Shown: positions 1 through 12,147 of the stretch, piece after piece
Layout: the number at the start of each line of letters is the position of its first letter
Position numbering within the stretch: the stretch's first letter is position 1
Source: Microbotryum violaceum
Lineage: Eukaryota
Direction: 5' to 3'
DNA length: 64,000 bases
Assembly: GCA_001244265.2 (NCBI GenBank)
Contig: CDLV01000009.1
Span: forward strand, 310,001-374,000
Made by a program: the position numbers and the translations under genes
Notes under the pieces: model-generated
The model's database searches: none
Seen by the model: only the letters and a program-made list of their open reading frames with translations
What the model was told of the DNA's origin: nothing

Positions 1-570
1 TAGATGGGGAAAGTAGGTCGATGGAGACGGGATCGGGACGGAGAAGGACGAGAGCAGCGTTTCGTGCAGGGCGATCAGGTGCGCGTCCGGAACGAGCGTG
101 GCGAGCACGCATTGGTAAAAGAGGTCACCTGTGAAGTCAGAAATCAGCGTAGGGGGTGAGCGGTCAAAGCTGCGGCCTAGTGGAGTGCTCGTCACTAGCC
201 AGCTTCGTGCGCGACAAGATTTGGGGCCCCACTTGCACGTCATCTCGAGGGCGGCGTGGGAAAGACATTCAAATCATCAAGCCCGCTTTCAGGGGTACGA
301 GTACATTCAACCGAACTGACCCTGTCGGACATCCAAAAACTTGATCTCCAACCCGGGTCCTTGGATCGCGCGATCACTCTTCCACCTCGCGATCGCTTCT
401 CCTATCCTCTTGACCAGCTCGTCGACGGGCAGCCCGGGCACAATCGCATCCGACACCAGCGTCGCGTGCGGCTTGAAATAAACGGTCTGGTAGCGGTCCG
501 AGAGCGAGGTAATCAAGTCGCCGAGTGGGGACGTTGCGGGTGGGGATAGCCATAGCGAGAGACCTGACAT
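1..570 (-). CDS. CPD1: 2',3'-cyclic-nucleotide phosphodiesterase (2H phosphoesterase, Cpd1-like); 3' end runs off the window
   Basis: ATG at 570 (MSGLSLWLSPP). First HxT motif FKPHATL; after an intron (~130-320) the exon reads DLFYQCVLATL...YFPHL, the start of the second 2H motif. Confidence 0.8.
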
Positions 571-775
571 GGTGGTGATAGTAGGTGGTGGGAAGAGACA
601 GTCTAGGCTGGGCCACGTGCGATCTGTGCGCCCTGCTCTCGGCCGGGTAATGTACTGCAGGGCAGTCAGGGGTAATCCCGCATTAGTAATCCGTGGAACT
701 GGCCTTGTTCTCTGCTCTCCGCGCTCTCGCTTCTCCCTCATCACCATGGCTCATCAACCCTGAGCCTTCCATCTC

Positions 776-1213
776 ATGCCCCCGAAGCTACCCCACCTGA
801 CGCTCTTCACCTCGGGACCGCAGTGTACGCTGTGCACGGTCGCCAAAGAAGTCCTGACCGAAGCGCAGTCCCAATCGCCTTTCCATCTCCGTGTGTACGA
901 CATCCGCAAGACCGCGTCCGACACGCTCGACCAACAGATCGAACGTACGGCGTGGAGGAGGTTGTACCAGTACGACGTACCCGTTTTGCATCTTACCGCC
1001 CACGACGGTGGCTTTGACGATTTGGCGGGCAGGGGAGGGGGTGGAAGGGTGTTGAAAGGTGGGCGAGTGATGAAACATCGCATCGACCACGACAAGTTGG
1101 TCGAATTAGTCAAGAAATGGACCCAACAATTGAACGCAAAACAGGTAAGTGACTCAGCTTTCTGACGAGAAGAGAAATTTTTCCCGACTGAACCCCATAC
1201 GGCACAGGGTTGA
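776..1213 (+). CDS. Glutaredoxin-like protein (DUF836-type thioredoxin fold)
   Basis: LTLFTSGPQCTLC (CxxC), YQYDVPVLH, MKHRID. Ends KQG-stop at 1213 if the GTAAGT..CAG intron 1145-1207 is spliced, otherwise at 1165. Confidence 0.8.
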
Positions 1214-2462
1214 AAAGAGCTCGCAGCTGCTCAGCATTCCCACCACGCGAAACCACCTCCTCAACCGAGACCATCAAACGGCATCGAGCCTCACCCGAAC
1301 CTTCACCCGAATCCGAATCCGAACGCTTCCCCTTCTCCGGACCGCCCTTCTTTATCTCGTCGGCGCCGTCCCCGACCGAACCCGTCGATTTCCCGACGAC
1401 GACCATCTCGTACGACTATTCGTCCTTTGACGAGCTCACGACCTTGCCCGTACTCGGCGTCGAAGCATCCCCCTCGAACGAATCAGAGAGATCCCAGCAG
1501 TTTAAACCTATCGAGGACGTCCGACGGTGCTTCAACTGCCTAGGTACCCACCTCCTCCACGATTGTCCCTTCCGCAACGACCGTTCCGTCATCGCCCAGA
1601 ACCGTCGCGAGTTCCAAGCCGAGTATTCGATCCATGCCGGTCCAGGCTTGAGCCTCGGTTCCTCCACGTCGAACAAGGCACGAGAAGAAGATGTAGCGCG
1701 ACGACTAGGCTTCTTGAAGAGAATGCGACCCGGTGTCGTAGGGCCGGAATTGGAGGGTGCTCTCGGAATTTTAGGGTCGCAAGGGGAATGGCCTTGGTTC
1801 GACAAGTTCAGAGAATGGGGGTACCCTTCTGGGTGGACGCGCACTGCAAGGCAAGATCAAGGGGGGATGATCGATGAAGAGACAGGTTGGCTTGCTTTGT
1901 CTTTTTTCAGTGCGACGACCCTTTTGAAACCCGATACTGAGTATGAGCTCTGCCCACAGGTCTGCAAGAACTGCTTTACGTCGTGCGGCAAAGGATCCAA
2001 GGGCGAGACTCCTTGGATTGGGAAGAGGTCGAGGCGCTGCGAGTGTATGACCAAGGAGCTTCGTTTGCTCCACCGCTGGATGCGCAATCATCGTCAAAAT
2101 TATCACCTCCCAGCGAGCCTCCTCCCCCCTTACCCACCTCCACTCCACCCCCTCTACCACCGAACGCCCCTCCACCTCTCCCACCGGGTCCTCCTCCACC
2201 TCTACCCCCACCTACAATTGACTTGCCTATCTACCGAACGATTAAACTCGTTCATTACCCTTCACGACAAACGGATTTCTCAAACCTCGAGATCCATAGA
2301 CCAGACCTCTACCTGGCTAACCCCACGCCTTGGACTTCTTCGCCAGCACCTTGCGTACAAGTGGGCAAAGCGACGATGCCTTCTCCACCACCTTCGGAGG
2401 CTGTGGTGGAAGAGGAAGACCTGAGTGAACGCTCGATGGAGATCGGGAGCGAAAGTGAATGA
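1117..2462 (+). CDS. Zinc-knuckle + PSP-domain protein (ZCCHC8-like)
   Basis: CFNCLGTHLLHDC knuckle; PSP-like RPGVVGPELEGALG...PWFDKFREWGYPSGW; Pro-rich C-terminus. Introns 1145-1207 and ~1886-1959; start ATG inferred at 1117. Confidence 0.7.
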
Positions 2463-2549
2463 TGTGTAGCGAATCATGCGAGTAATTTGACAACATGTAA
2501 TGACAACAAATGAGAAACCCCACTACCCAACCTTTCTCCTTTATTTCCC

Positions 2550-4601
2550 TCACCGTACCCCCACAGGAGGTGCACGAATGGGTATACCACCCCATACAAA
2601 CTTTTCGTTCCTCCATAGGACCATTTCTTCCTCCCCTCGAGCTTCGCTAGGTTCCAGGTCGTCGTACGCGTCCGGAACGACGGGGTACGACGACGTTACT
2701 CCTTCAGTCCGGGAGGCGACGGCGGCGGCGGTGAAAGAGCCGAATCCACCACCCGTAGTACTCGAAGGTGCCGATCCAAAGGTAGAGAACCCTCCCGATG
2801 AAGGTGCGGCAGGGGTAGTAGCAGCAGCACCAAAAGCTCCTCCGCCGGCATTGAAAGCCGAAGGTGTCGAAGCCGCAAAAGCACCAAATCCCCCTCCACC
2901 GGAGGCAGGACCCGCGCTCCCCTCTGCACCGAACGCACTGCCCCCACTTCCGAATACCGAAAATGCTCCACCCGAAGCTCCGAACGCACTCGTCGTCGAC
3001 GTCGTCTTCGCAGGTGCTCCGAACGCACTGACGGGTGTCGTCGAAGTCCCACCGAACCCACTCGACCCAAAAGCCGGAGCGGCCGTCGTTGATGAACCGC
3101 TTCCAAACACCCCTGATGCGGGAGAACCGAAAGCGCTTGCTGGTGCGGCCGTCGATCCAAAACCAGTCGATCCGAAAGCGCCTGTTGTCGTAGTCGGTCC
3201 CGATCCAAAGACACCGAATGCCGAGGTCGGCGCACTGCCGCTCGTACCGAACGCCGAGACGGGGGCTCCCCCTGCGGCTCCGAACGCAGAAGGGGTCGTC
3301 GTCGGAGCCGCTGCGGTGACTCCAGGTCCCGGTGTGCCAAACGGTGAAGCCGAAGCAGCGGCCGAACCAAAACCAACCGATCCAAACGCCGGTGCGGATC
3401 CGCCCGTACCGAAAGCGGAAGGGGCGGATCCACCGGCTCCGAACGCTGATGGGGCTGAACCGCCAGCACCAAACACCGACGGCGCCGTCCCTGCCGCACC
3501 GAAAGCGGAGGTGGACCCTCCGAATGCCGAGGGGGCGGGTTTCGATCCAAAGACCGAAGGTGTGGACGTCGAGTTGGAGGAGAAGGCGCCAAAGCCACCG
3601 CCGCCGGCCGTCGAGGTCGCTGCTCCAAAAGCGCCGCCGCCCGTCGTCGTCGATCCGAACGCCGACGGTGCCCCACCTGCTGCCCCAAACGCACTCGTCC
3701 CCATCCCCGTGCCACCAAACGAATTCAAAGTCTTTTTCGTCGAACCAAAAGCGCCTCCCGAGCCAAAAACGGACGTGGTCGCGGGCGTGCCACCGAAAGC
3801 GGTCGATCCGAAAGCGCTCGATGGAGCGGCGCCGACGGCGTTCGAGGTCGAGGCTCCACCGAACGGGTTGGGTGTCGTCGAGGCTCCTCCGGCAGCACCA
3901 AAGACCGACGTCGCCTGCGGTGCCGAGCCGAACGCACCGAAGGCTGAGGTCGTCGGTACAGCACCTCCAAAGACCCCCGTTGTCGACGTCGTGGTGGAAG
4001 AGGTTGTCCCGGAGGATTGCTGCGCCGCCATGAAACGATACGCCGCGGGTAGATCTGCCAGAATGGACTTGACGGTCTGTTCTGCCTTGTTGACGAGAGC
4101 TTCTTCAGGCTGTTGGGAAGAGGGTGAATGCTATGATCAATGAACTTTACCCTAGGGCAAGTCGCCTCAACGACGACAAGAGTTGAGGCATCCGCCAGCG
4201 CGCATACTCACGTAGAGCGACGGGTTGTTGGCCTTGACGGCATTGTAGTACGACAGCCTCAACTCTTCGGGGGAGAGGTCCTGGTCCTTGATGAGGTTGC
4301 CGGTCTTGCCCGGCCCGTACGAAGACAGCGCGTAGGAAGGTCGATCGGTCGTCAAGTCGATCTTGATCGACTCAGAGCTGCGGGGAGACACACACACACG
4401 GTTTGGCGTTCAGCGCACAAGCGAATGGTTCAGAACCAAAGGGTGGTTTCAGAACACTAACGTGAATCCAGGGTTGGAAGGTGCGGCATTGCTCGTCGAG
4501 GACGGATTCGCGTGGGAGAAGCGACAGTTGTTGCCGTTGCGACATTGCCCTAGCGGGTAGTACTTGCATGGCACCGAGCTCGTGTTGCTACGGAAGCTCA
4601 T
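2550..4601 (-). CDS. FG-repeat nucleoporin with N-terminal CCCH zinc finger (Nup42/NUPL2/Amo1-like)
   Basis: MSFRSNTSSVPCKYYPLGQCRNGNNCRFSH; DLSPEELRL motif; dozens of SAFG/xFG repeats; C-terminal FVWGGIPIRAPP. Confidence 0.85.
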
Positions 4602-5081
4602 ATCTTGCGGTGTGAGAGCCGGATGGGGAGGCGAGAGGGCAAGCCCGCGACGAAAGCGGAACGCTGGTGTGGAGAGCGGACGACACCACGAAGGGCACCA
4701 AGTTCCGAGAACTGTCGACTGTCGCAGCTCGATCGCCTATCGATAGCCTCAAACCTGGAGTTTTGCGAGGTCACAAGCCCACTGGCAGTGGTGTACCCAG
4801 GAGCGGGTTGTCCCTTATGGAGCCAGTTTTACCCTGTGACAAGACAAGAGCTTCAACAACATGCCTTGATTACCGGCTCGAGCAACTGTTGAATATTTAC
4901 TGGCAACAGTTTCGCCCATAATCCGGAACTTGGCTACGTCAATCTGGAGAACCAAGTGAAATAATAGATCATTGTTGAAACTTCATCAAGGGCTCCCTGC
5001 ACCAAGGTATTGTACTGATCATACTGGTTCTTACGGCTTGGATGCCGGGTGCCACTGCAACCCAGTCGCACCTCCGAGTCG

Positions 5082-5110
5082 GACTTGGGCTGACTTGGGC
5101 TGACTTGGGC
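5082..5110. repeat. 10-bp tandem repeat (GACTTGGGCT)x~3 in divergent promoter
   Basis: Read directly from the sequence. Confidence 0.85.
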
Positions 5111-5197
5111 GACTGGATCGTCAACCCCACCCCCTGACTGCGCCGGTTCTCTTTCGTTGGTTCGCCCGCCCGCTCGCTCGCTCGCTCGTCACCCGCC

Positions 5198-6665
5198 ATG
5201 GTGAGTTCAACCAGCTTACGACAAGAGCACAAATCGCTAACTTAGTCATCTTCCACAGTCGGCAACCTACCTCCTCGCGCACGTCTCGGCGGCTGCGAAG
5301 GAGTCGTACCGTTCTCTGCCCTCGACCCCGTCTCTCAATCTCGACAGCGACGCCTCGGCGGAGCACAAGGGCCACTCGGATGCCATCTGGTGCACCAAGT
5401 GGGCTCGATTGGAAAATGGCGAGTCGCTCGTCATCACGGCTGGAGCGGATCACGAGATTCGAACTTGGTCAGTTTCAGCTCCTCGTCGACGTCATCATTT
5501 GGCCAGCAGTCGAGGTTATCCAGCGCCTCCTAGTTGATCAAGATCGCTTCTTCAAAAATGTAGGAACTCATCCAACGGTGAAAAACCGACGACCGTCATC
5601 AAGCCCAAGCAGTCGCTCGGCATCGTCGGCCTCGACGTCGAACGGGACTCGAGTCGCGGGCGCTCGTCGTCCTACTTCATCACCAACACCCTCGACTCGG
5701 TCCTCACGCGATGGACCCTGGAGGGTGAACAACAGGCGAGGAAAGAGCTGGGTCCAGGTCAGTGTTCTTCCGAACTCAACTCGTAGAGTCTCGACTGGCG
5801 CTGAACCGACTTTCTCTCTACTCTGCAGCCGAGTCGTGGGGAGTCACGATTCATCCTTCCGCGCCCAACGTCGCCACGGCGGGCAATGAAGGCAAAGTGA
5901 GGATACTCTCGGCCGCGATCGACGCCTTTGGTACCGAGTTGGTGCAGATGGATGCTCAGGGGACCTTTGGTAGCGCCATCCAATATGTCAGTTGGGAAAC
6001 TGGCAAGATTTCGTTAAACGAGGCCCTATCTAACACGTTCGGGGATCTGCAGAGCCAAGATGGTCGATACCTCGCAGTCGGGTCCGAGACGGGCTACATC
6101 ACCCTCTTTGACGCTCAAACAGGCTCGCTCGTAGCCACCTTCCCAGGTCAGCCCTCAAGCAAAAGCTAGATTTATCCGCCTCAGTCTCGAAACTGACGCG
6201 CACTTTTTTCCCACAGCCCACGCCTCGCCGATCCGCTGCATCACCTTTACCAGTTCCCTCCTCATCTCCGCTTCAGACGACCACCGTCTCAACATCTTTG
6301 ACCTCCGCTCCCTCGCCTCCCCGACAGCCTCCAACGCCACCTTCTCCCGTCGAGGCCAAGTCGCTTCCCTTGGGGGTCACGAAGGCTGGGTTACATGTTG
6401 TGCGGCGCGCAACGATCGTCTCTTGGCTTCGGGCAGTTCGGATGGGACGATCAAGCTTTGGGATTTGGCGAATTTGGCGGGCGGGACGGGGGCAGTCGGC
6501 ACGCTGAGGGATCATCAGGCCGATGTCTGGAGTTTGGATTGGATGCCCGAGGATGCCTCGAAATCCATTGAAGGCTTGGGCGGAGCAGGGGCGGGGATGA
6601 GTGGTGGACAATTGGTCAGTGGGGGCGAGGACGCCGCTCTGAGGTGGTGGCGAGGCGGAGGCTAG
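5198..6665 (+). CDS. SKI8: WD40 protein Ski8/Rec14/WDR61
   Basis: ATG-only first exon; GHSDAIWCTKW, AESWGVTIHP, ASGSSDGTIKLWD, DHQADVWSLDW, LVSGGEDAALRWW; multiple GT-AG introns. Confidence 0.75.
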
Positions 6666-6911
6666 CGAAGAAGCCGAAGTGCAAGTAATTCCTTTCTTAG
6701 AATATACCACAGTAGTTTGCGATCGTACGAGTCTGGTGAGTGACGTACTCGATGCCATCAGAGACCACCGAAATGTGTTCATGCACGCCCGGCGGCTGGA
6801 GAGAAGCGTACATTACGACCTGCGCGCAACTAGTTCTACAAAGGAGGGCTTCGCTGCAAACAAATGAAGCACAGCTGTACGATTCCTTCCGCGATTCAGA
6901 CACACAAACCA

Positions 6912-9440
6912 TTACCCTCTCAACAACTTGGGTCTGCCATACATCAACCCGGCGCCACTCTTGCCCTTCATCTTGCTGACGAGCCCTTTGCTCTTGCCGA
7001 AGGTGCCCATCGCATTGATCTGGAGCTTGCCCTCGACCTTCTTCTTGTTCTTTGGCGCCGACATGGGGGAGGGGCCGTTCGTAAAGACACCCGATCCGGG
7101 GCGCGCACCCGTGTTGTACTTGGGGCCACGAAGCTGCTTGCGTCGCTCCTTCTTGGCGTCCTCGGAATCCGACTCGATCGGGTCTAGGTCGTCCTCTTCT
7201 GGTGCTTCCTCCTCGGGTGCTTCTGACGAAGGGGATACGGTTGAGGGGTTGATGAAGGGTATGCCACGGGGTGCAGATGGAGGTGGAGGAACGGTCTCGA
7301 GCAACGGCTTCTTGGCAGTCTGCACGATCGGCGGTCGAGGTCCCGAGTTGCTCAACACGCGCGGCCTCGCGATCGCCTCGCTCTGCGTGGGCCGGACGGG
7401 CGACCCGACCCCATTCGTCATCCCGGGCTTTTTCGATGCGACGCCGTTCGGGGCGGGAGCGCGAACTGAGGAAGAGGAAGAGAGCCGCTCGGTCGGTCCG
7501 GTACCTTCTCGGCTGTACGCGAGGATGTAGGCTTGTCGGCGATGCAGCGGCGGACTGGACCCCATCGAGCTGATGGTTTCGTCGTTCATGTCGTACCATG
7601 TCCCGTTCGCGGCCTTGACATTGGCGGTGTAGTGGCCCGAATGAGGTCCTCCACCCGAGTGATTGATAACGCCGTACAAGCGATAGGTCGGATTTGTCGA
7701 GCGCTGCTGGAGGCGAACACAGAGATGTGGATCAGCGACTGCGGTACAGATCGTAAAGGCATGGGCGCGCACGAGACCCACGTCGGACATATAGTTCCCC
7801 AATTGCAACTGATCGGGGTACCGGATCGTATCGCCGATCTTGCGCCCCGTTGCAGTGAAGCGCTTGAGGTGGATCATCAGCACCATCGGCGCGCGGTCTA
7901 TCGTGAAACCCTTTTCGGCGTTGACTAGCTTCCTGCACTTTTCGCATTTGTACTTGTTCGCGCCGCGCAGGGAATCGGTCTTGATGAAGCGATCGAGCGC
8001 TTCCTTGACCGATGTGGTTTTGTTGACGTCGAGTGAGAGGTCGAGGACCGAATCGAACGTGTCCGAGGTGTGGCCACAGGCTTCGCACGTGACGCGCGAG
8101 CGCAGCCGCCCGCCAAAGATTTGGTGGACGAACGTCGAGTCCTTCGCGGGCTGGTCGAGTGTTCTGTAAGTTGAACGTGCAGAGCATGAGCATGAGAGTC
8201 TGGTCTTCCATATGGTGAATTCCCACTGTATCTCGTTCACTCACGAAGGAGTCCCAAACAATGCCGAGAGCTGCATGTTGTCGATCGAGAAGCGCAAAAA
8301 CTCGTGCGCATCCTCTTGCCGCCCGGGACGAAAGTGCGATGCGATTTCTGGTAAGAGATGACCATGGAAGGAAACGTGCGTCAGACACTGTATGACATGA
8401 CATGCGAGTACGGCATGATCAACCCACTTCGCATGTTGTTGACGATGAAGTTAGGCGCGTACGACCTCTTGGACCCGTAGAACGAGATCTTGATCGCATT
8501 CTGCAGCGCGCACGTCATGCAGAACTTTTTCGCTGCCAGAAACTTGCCTAAAAATGAAAGGCAAAGTGATCAAGCAGAAAATTTGAGCATATGGAGTCTC
8601 GTGTGATGACGGGGAGAGGAACCAAGCGAAAAAACGCACAGGTGGAGGTAGAGTGATTCGTGGCTTCGAGGTGACGGACGAGGGGTGGGGTATGGAGCAT
8701 AACCTGCAGCGCGCTGTTGAGGAAGCACGTGTTGCCAAGGTTCTGAAGACCCCACCCGACCTTGAGGGACTTGGACCAGGTTGCGTCGGTCGAGATGGCC
8801 GGAAAAAACTGCGGCGGACTGGCATCCGTACTACTGCTGTTCTTCTTCTTCCCGGCCACCGCTGCCGCAGCTTCGGCTTGGTCGGTTGGCTCGGTCTTGT
8901 CTACGAGGGCCTTTTTCCTTTTCTTCTTGCGAGGTGAGGAGCTCGGTGTTTCTTCCTCGTCAGCGTCGTCATCGCTGCGCTTTGGACGACTCGTCAATGC
9001 GGGGCGTGATGATTCCGGCGACGACGGCTCGGCTGTCGCGTCATTCGCACTCGCATTCGCAGCTGTGGCGGCACTCGTCGAGCTCAATTGCGAGCCGGGC
9101 TGAGAGTCGCAGTGTACACCAAAGACCGGAGAGAGCCTCAGTACGAAGAACTTGCACATGATGCGCTTCTCGAAGGTATACTGACCTGGTCATCGTTGAT
9201 GGGCTCGTACGGGATCTCGTTGGCCGGGTTCGATGACGCGGCGACGGTGGCCGCTTGCTTGCGGAATCGGACCGGATTCGCGAGCAAGTCCTTGATTTGC
9301 AACGGCTTGCTGCCGAGCCCAAAGACTCCGCTCGCCCCGATCCCGTTGCGGTAGGTCGGTCCCTGCGATCCTCCGACGCCCTTGAGGATCGCTTCGTCGA
9401 GCGCGGTGGGGCTCATCCTCGTCTCGGTCAACGTCGACAT
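6912..9440 (-). CDS. Ubiquitin-specific protease, USP36/USP42-like (peptidase C19)
   Basis: Cys box GLQNLGNTCFLNSALQ; QEDAHEFL; HQIFGGRLRSRVTC; His box YGVINHSGGGPHSGHY. Confidence 0.9.
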
Positions 9441-10316
9441 GCCAGAGCAGCGACCAAAGACGTTGAAGCGAGCGCGGGCTTGAGCTGGAGCGTCAGCGCG
9501 GCCGTGGCTGCGGTCGTCGCAATCGCAGTCGCGCGAGACAAGTGCTTGCGCCTGTTGGAACGAACTTGTTGGCGCACGCGAGTGGTTGATCCGGACAGAG
9601 TGTCGCACTTGCCCTCGGAACGCGTCGATGAGTAGCTGCAAAGGTGGGATCGCAGCTGAGGTGACGCGATGGGACGCGAAAAGAAGCGGTACGACGAGTC
9701 TGACAACGCGTACAGCGTGGATGGTTAAATTAGGCCGCCTCTTGGGCCGCCGCGAACCACACGAGCTAAGAGCAACGCTTTGGACTCGCTCTGGACGGGC
9801 GTGTTTGTCGCACGGACCGCGTGACGCGACAGCGGAGCCGCGGACGACGGTGAACCGCGACTATTACCGAGCACGCTGGCGTTGGAAGTGCTTCCTGCAT
9901 TGAAGCATGGTCCGTGTTTCCCAACCACAGAGCAAACAAAGCTCCGGTCCTCACCCCCCGAAAAGGTACCTGTGTCGAGCACAAGTACGTTACCTCATGG
10001 ATGCAAACTTAAACCAAGCACGGGCACGGCGGCTCCGAGGTTGCACCTCTCGGTATCATCTGCAACTTGATCGCTTTGCATTTGTGGTTCATGTTAATGG
10101 TAGTGAACTTTGATTGTGCTCGTGGCCTCAGCTAGCAAGTAGTGCCACCACACTGAAGCAGCAAAAAGAAAAGGGAACACTGTATGCATCGGCAGAGAAA
10201 ACTTGGCGCTCTCGGCGACGAGGGGGAAAGATTTTCGTCCAGCTTGACCTGGCCAGGAGCTCCTGTGCGCTGTTTCCTGCGACTGAGCAGTTGCAGCAAC
10301 ACCTCCACCCAGCGCT

Positions 10317-10405
10317 TCCCGCCACGCGGGATCGAACCGCGGACCCTCAGATCTACCATTAAACCGTTACAGTCTGATGCTCTTCCAAAGCTGAGCTATG
10401 GCGGG
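10317..10405 (-). tRNA. tRNA-Tyr(GUA) with 14-nt intron (10353-10366)
   Basis: Acceptor stem CCCGCCA/TGGCGGG+A; D-arm TAGCTCAG..GGAAGAGC; anticodon arm TCAGA-CTGTAA^A-TCTGA; T-loop GGTTCGATCC. Confidence 0.95.
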
Positions 10406-10828
10406 AAAACGACGCTAGGTGCTGTGTCAGCACGGTACGATGGACGTCATTTATGTGGGGGTCGCCTCGGCCGGGTCGTTTGGAGTCCGCATTAGGTGCT
10501 CGGCGGGCTTTGATCTGCGCAGCGCTGTTTGCGCGCAGGGGTTTGACTTTCACCCAACTGCTTGCCGTCGTTGCTTTATAACCTCCTTTAGCTCTTTTTG
10601 TAGCGGTCCCAGCCAACCCGAAGGATAGCAATTTATGAGCCCCAGTCAAAAAAACAAAAAAAAAACCTAGTTTTTCCGTAGGCCAATCAGGGGGAACAGG
10701 AATTGGGGGCAATATGATCAACAAGTTCTACAAAAAAAAAATCTACAGAAAAAAACAAAAACGCCGCAATTTCCCATGGGGAATGGCTTCCTGCCTCTTA
10801 CAATATACCGCCATCCCCGTGAAGCGAC

Positions 10829-12038
10829 ATGAGTTCAGCTGCTACAATCATCCTTACTGGTGCGATTCTTGTGTGATCGGGTTCTCTGACCCGGAAGGTT
10901 ACTCACCCTGCGACCGCATCATCGTCATCATGCTCGTTCGCAGGTGGCTCCAAAGGCCTTGGACTTGCTGCCTTGTAAGCCCTACAAGGCCCGGTCGGAC
11001 TCACCTTCACAGAGGCACGCAAGACTAATAAAACTTCCTGCATTGTCCCCAGAGAAATTCTACTCAAAAACGGGTACAACGTCGTCGCTTTGCAGCGATC
11101 GGAAACGCCCGAACTGGTCAAGCTCGCCGACACCTATTCGGGCTCACTCGTCATCTCCAAAGGCGATGTCGCCAAGGATGAGGATAACAAGGTGAGCCTT
11201 GTCGTCATATGGAATGACTGATCTTTGACCTGACGGAAAGCTTGGGCCTTCGCTGCCCATCGTCGCTTGTGCAGGCCGCTGTCGATGTCGCGATGCAGAT
11301 GTTCAGCCGTCTCGATGGCTTGATCCGTCAGTCCAACTCATCGATTCTGCATCTTCCTGTCCGCCCATAGTAGACGCAACTCATCCCATTCTAACTCTTA
11401 TTCCCAGTCAACGCCGGCACGCTATCCCCTCTCGGCAAAATATCCTCCATGGCGGGCCGCTTGGCTGAACACAAAGCCCTCTTCGACACCAATTACTTTT
11501 CTCTCGTATCCCTCATCTCCCACGCTCTACCCTTCTTGAACGAGAGGGCGAACAAGGACCTCCAGGAAGGGGAGGAAATTTCGGGTAGGATCGTTATGGT
11601 TTCCAGTGGGGCTTCGACCGGGGGTGTAGCGGGGTGGGGGGCGTATTCGTCAGTCGAGATCGCAACGTCCAGCGCTCTCTCAGAATACGAAGCTGTTCAT
11701 TCCTGAATAAGCCCGATGTTCCTTCCTACAGTGCCTCTAAAGCAGCGATGAACTCCCTCGCCCGCACACTAGGCAACGAAGAACTCCATATCTCGACTCT
11801 CGCCGTGCGCCCCGGCGTCGTCGACACGGAGATGCAAGCCTCCCTTCGCGCAACAGGAGAACAATACATGAGTGCAAAAGATTTCTCCAAGTTCACAGGT
11901 CTGCACGAGAGAGGCGAGCTGGTCCCACCGGAGAAACCGGGAGCGGTTTTGGCCGGTTTGGCGATCAAGGCGACGAAGGAGTTGAGTGGGAGTTTCGTCA
12001 GTTGGGATGCGGAGGAGATGAAGGGGTATGCGATGTGA
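10829..12038 (+). CDS. Short-chain dehydrogenase/reductase
   Basis: Spliced IILTG|GSKGLG Rossmann motif; NAG; VSSGAS; YS|ASKAA catalytic YxxxK; VRPGVVDTEMQ. Confidence 0.9.
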
Positions 12039-12147
12039 TTGTGATTTAGGTCGAAGGACTGTGCAATAGATATATCTCAGACTATTTCCTGATTTTGACT
12101 GGGGATACTGATTTATTCCCCGGTTCAATCACAAGTCTTCGTGCATA

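Noticed and set aside
746-763. Tiny ORF ATGGCTCATCAACCCTGA upstream of the glutaredoxin-like gene
   Set aside because: Would be a uORF only if transcribed; the TSS is unknown.
2500-4143. 547-aa plus-strand ORF rich in Pro/Asn/Ala
   Set aside because: Antisense shadow of the low-complexity FG-nucleoporin exon; no independent motifs.
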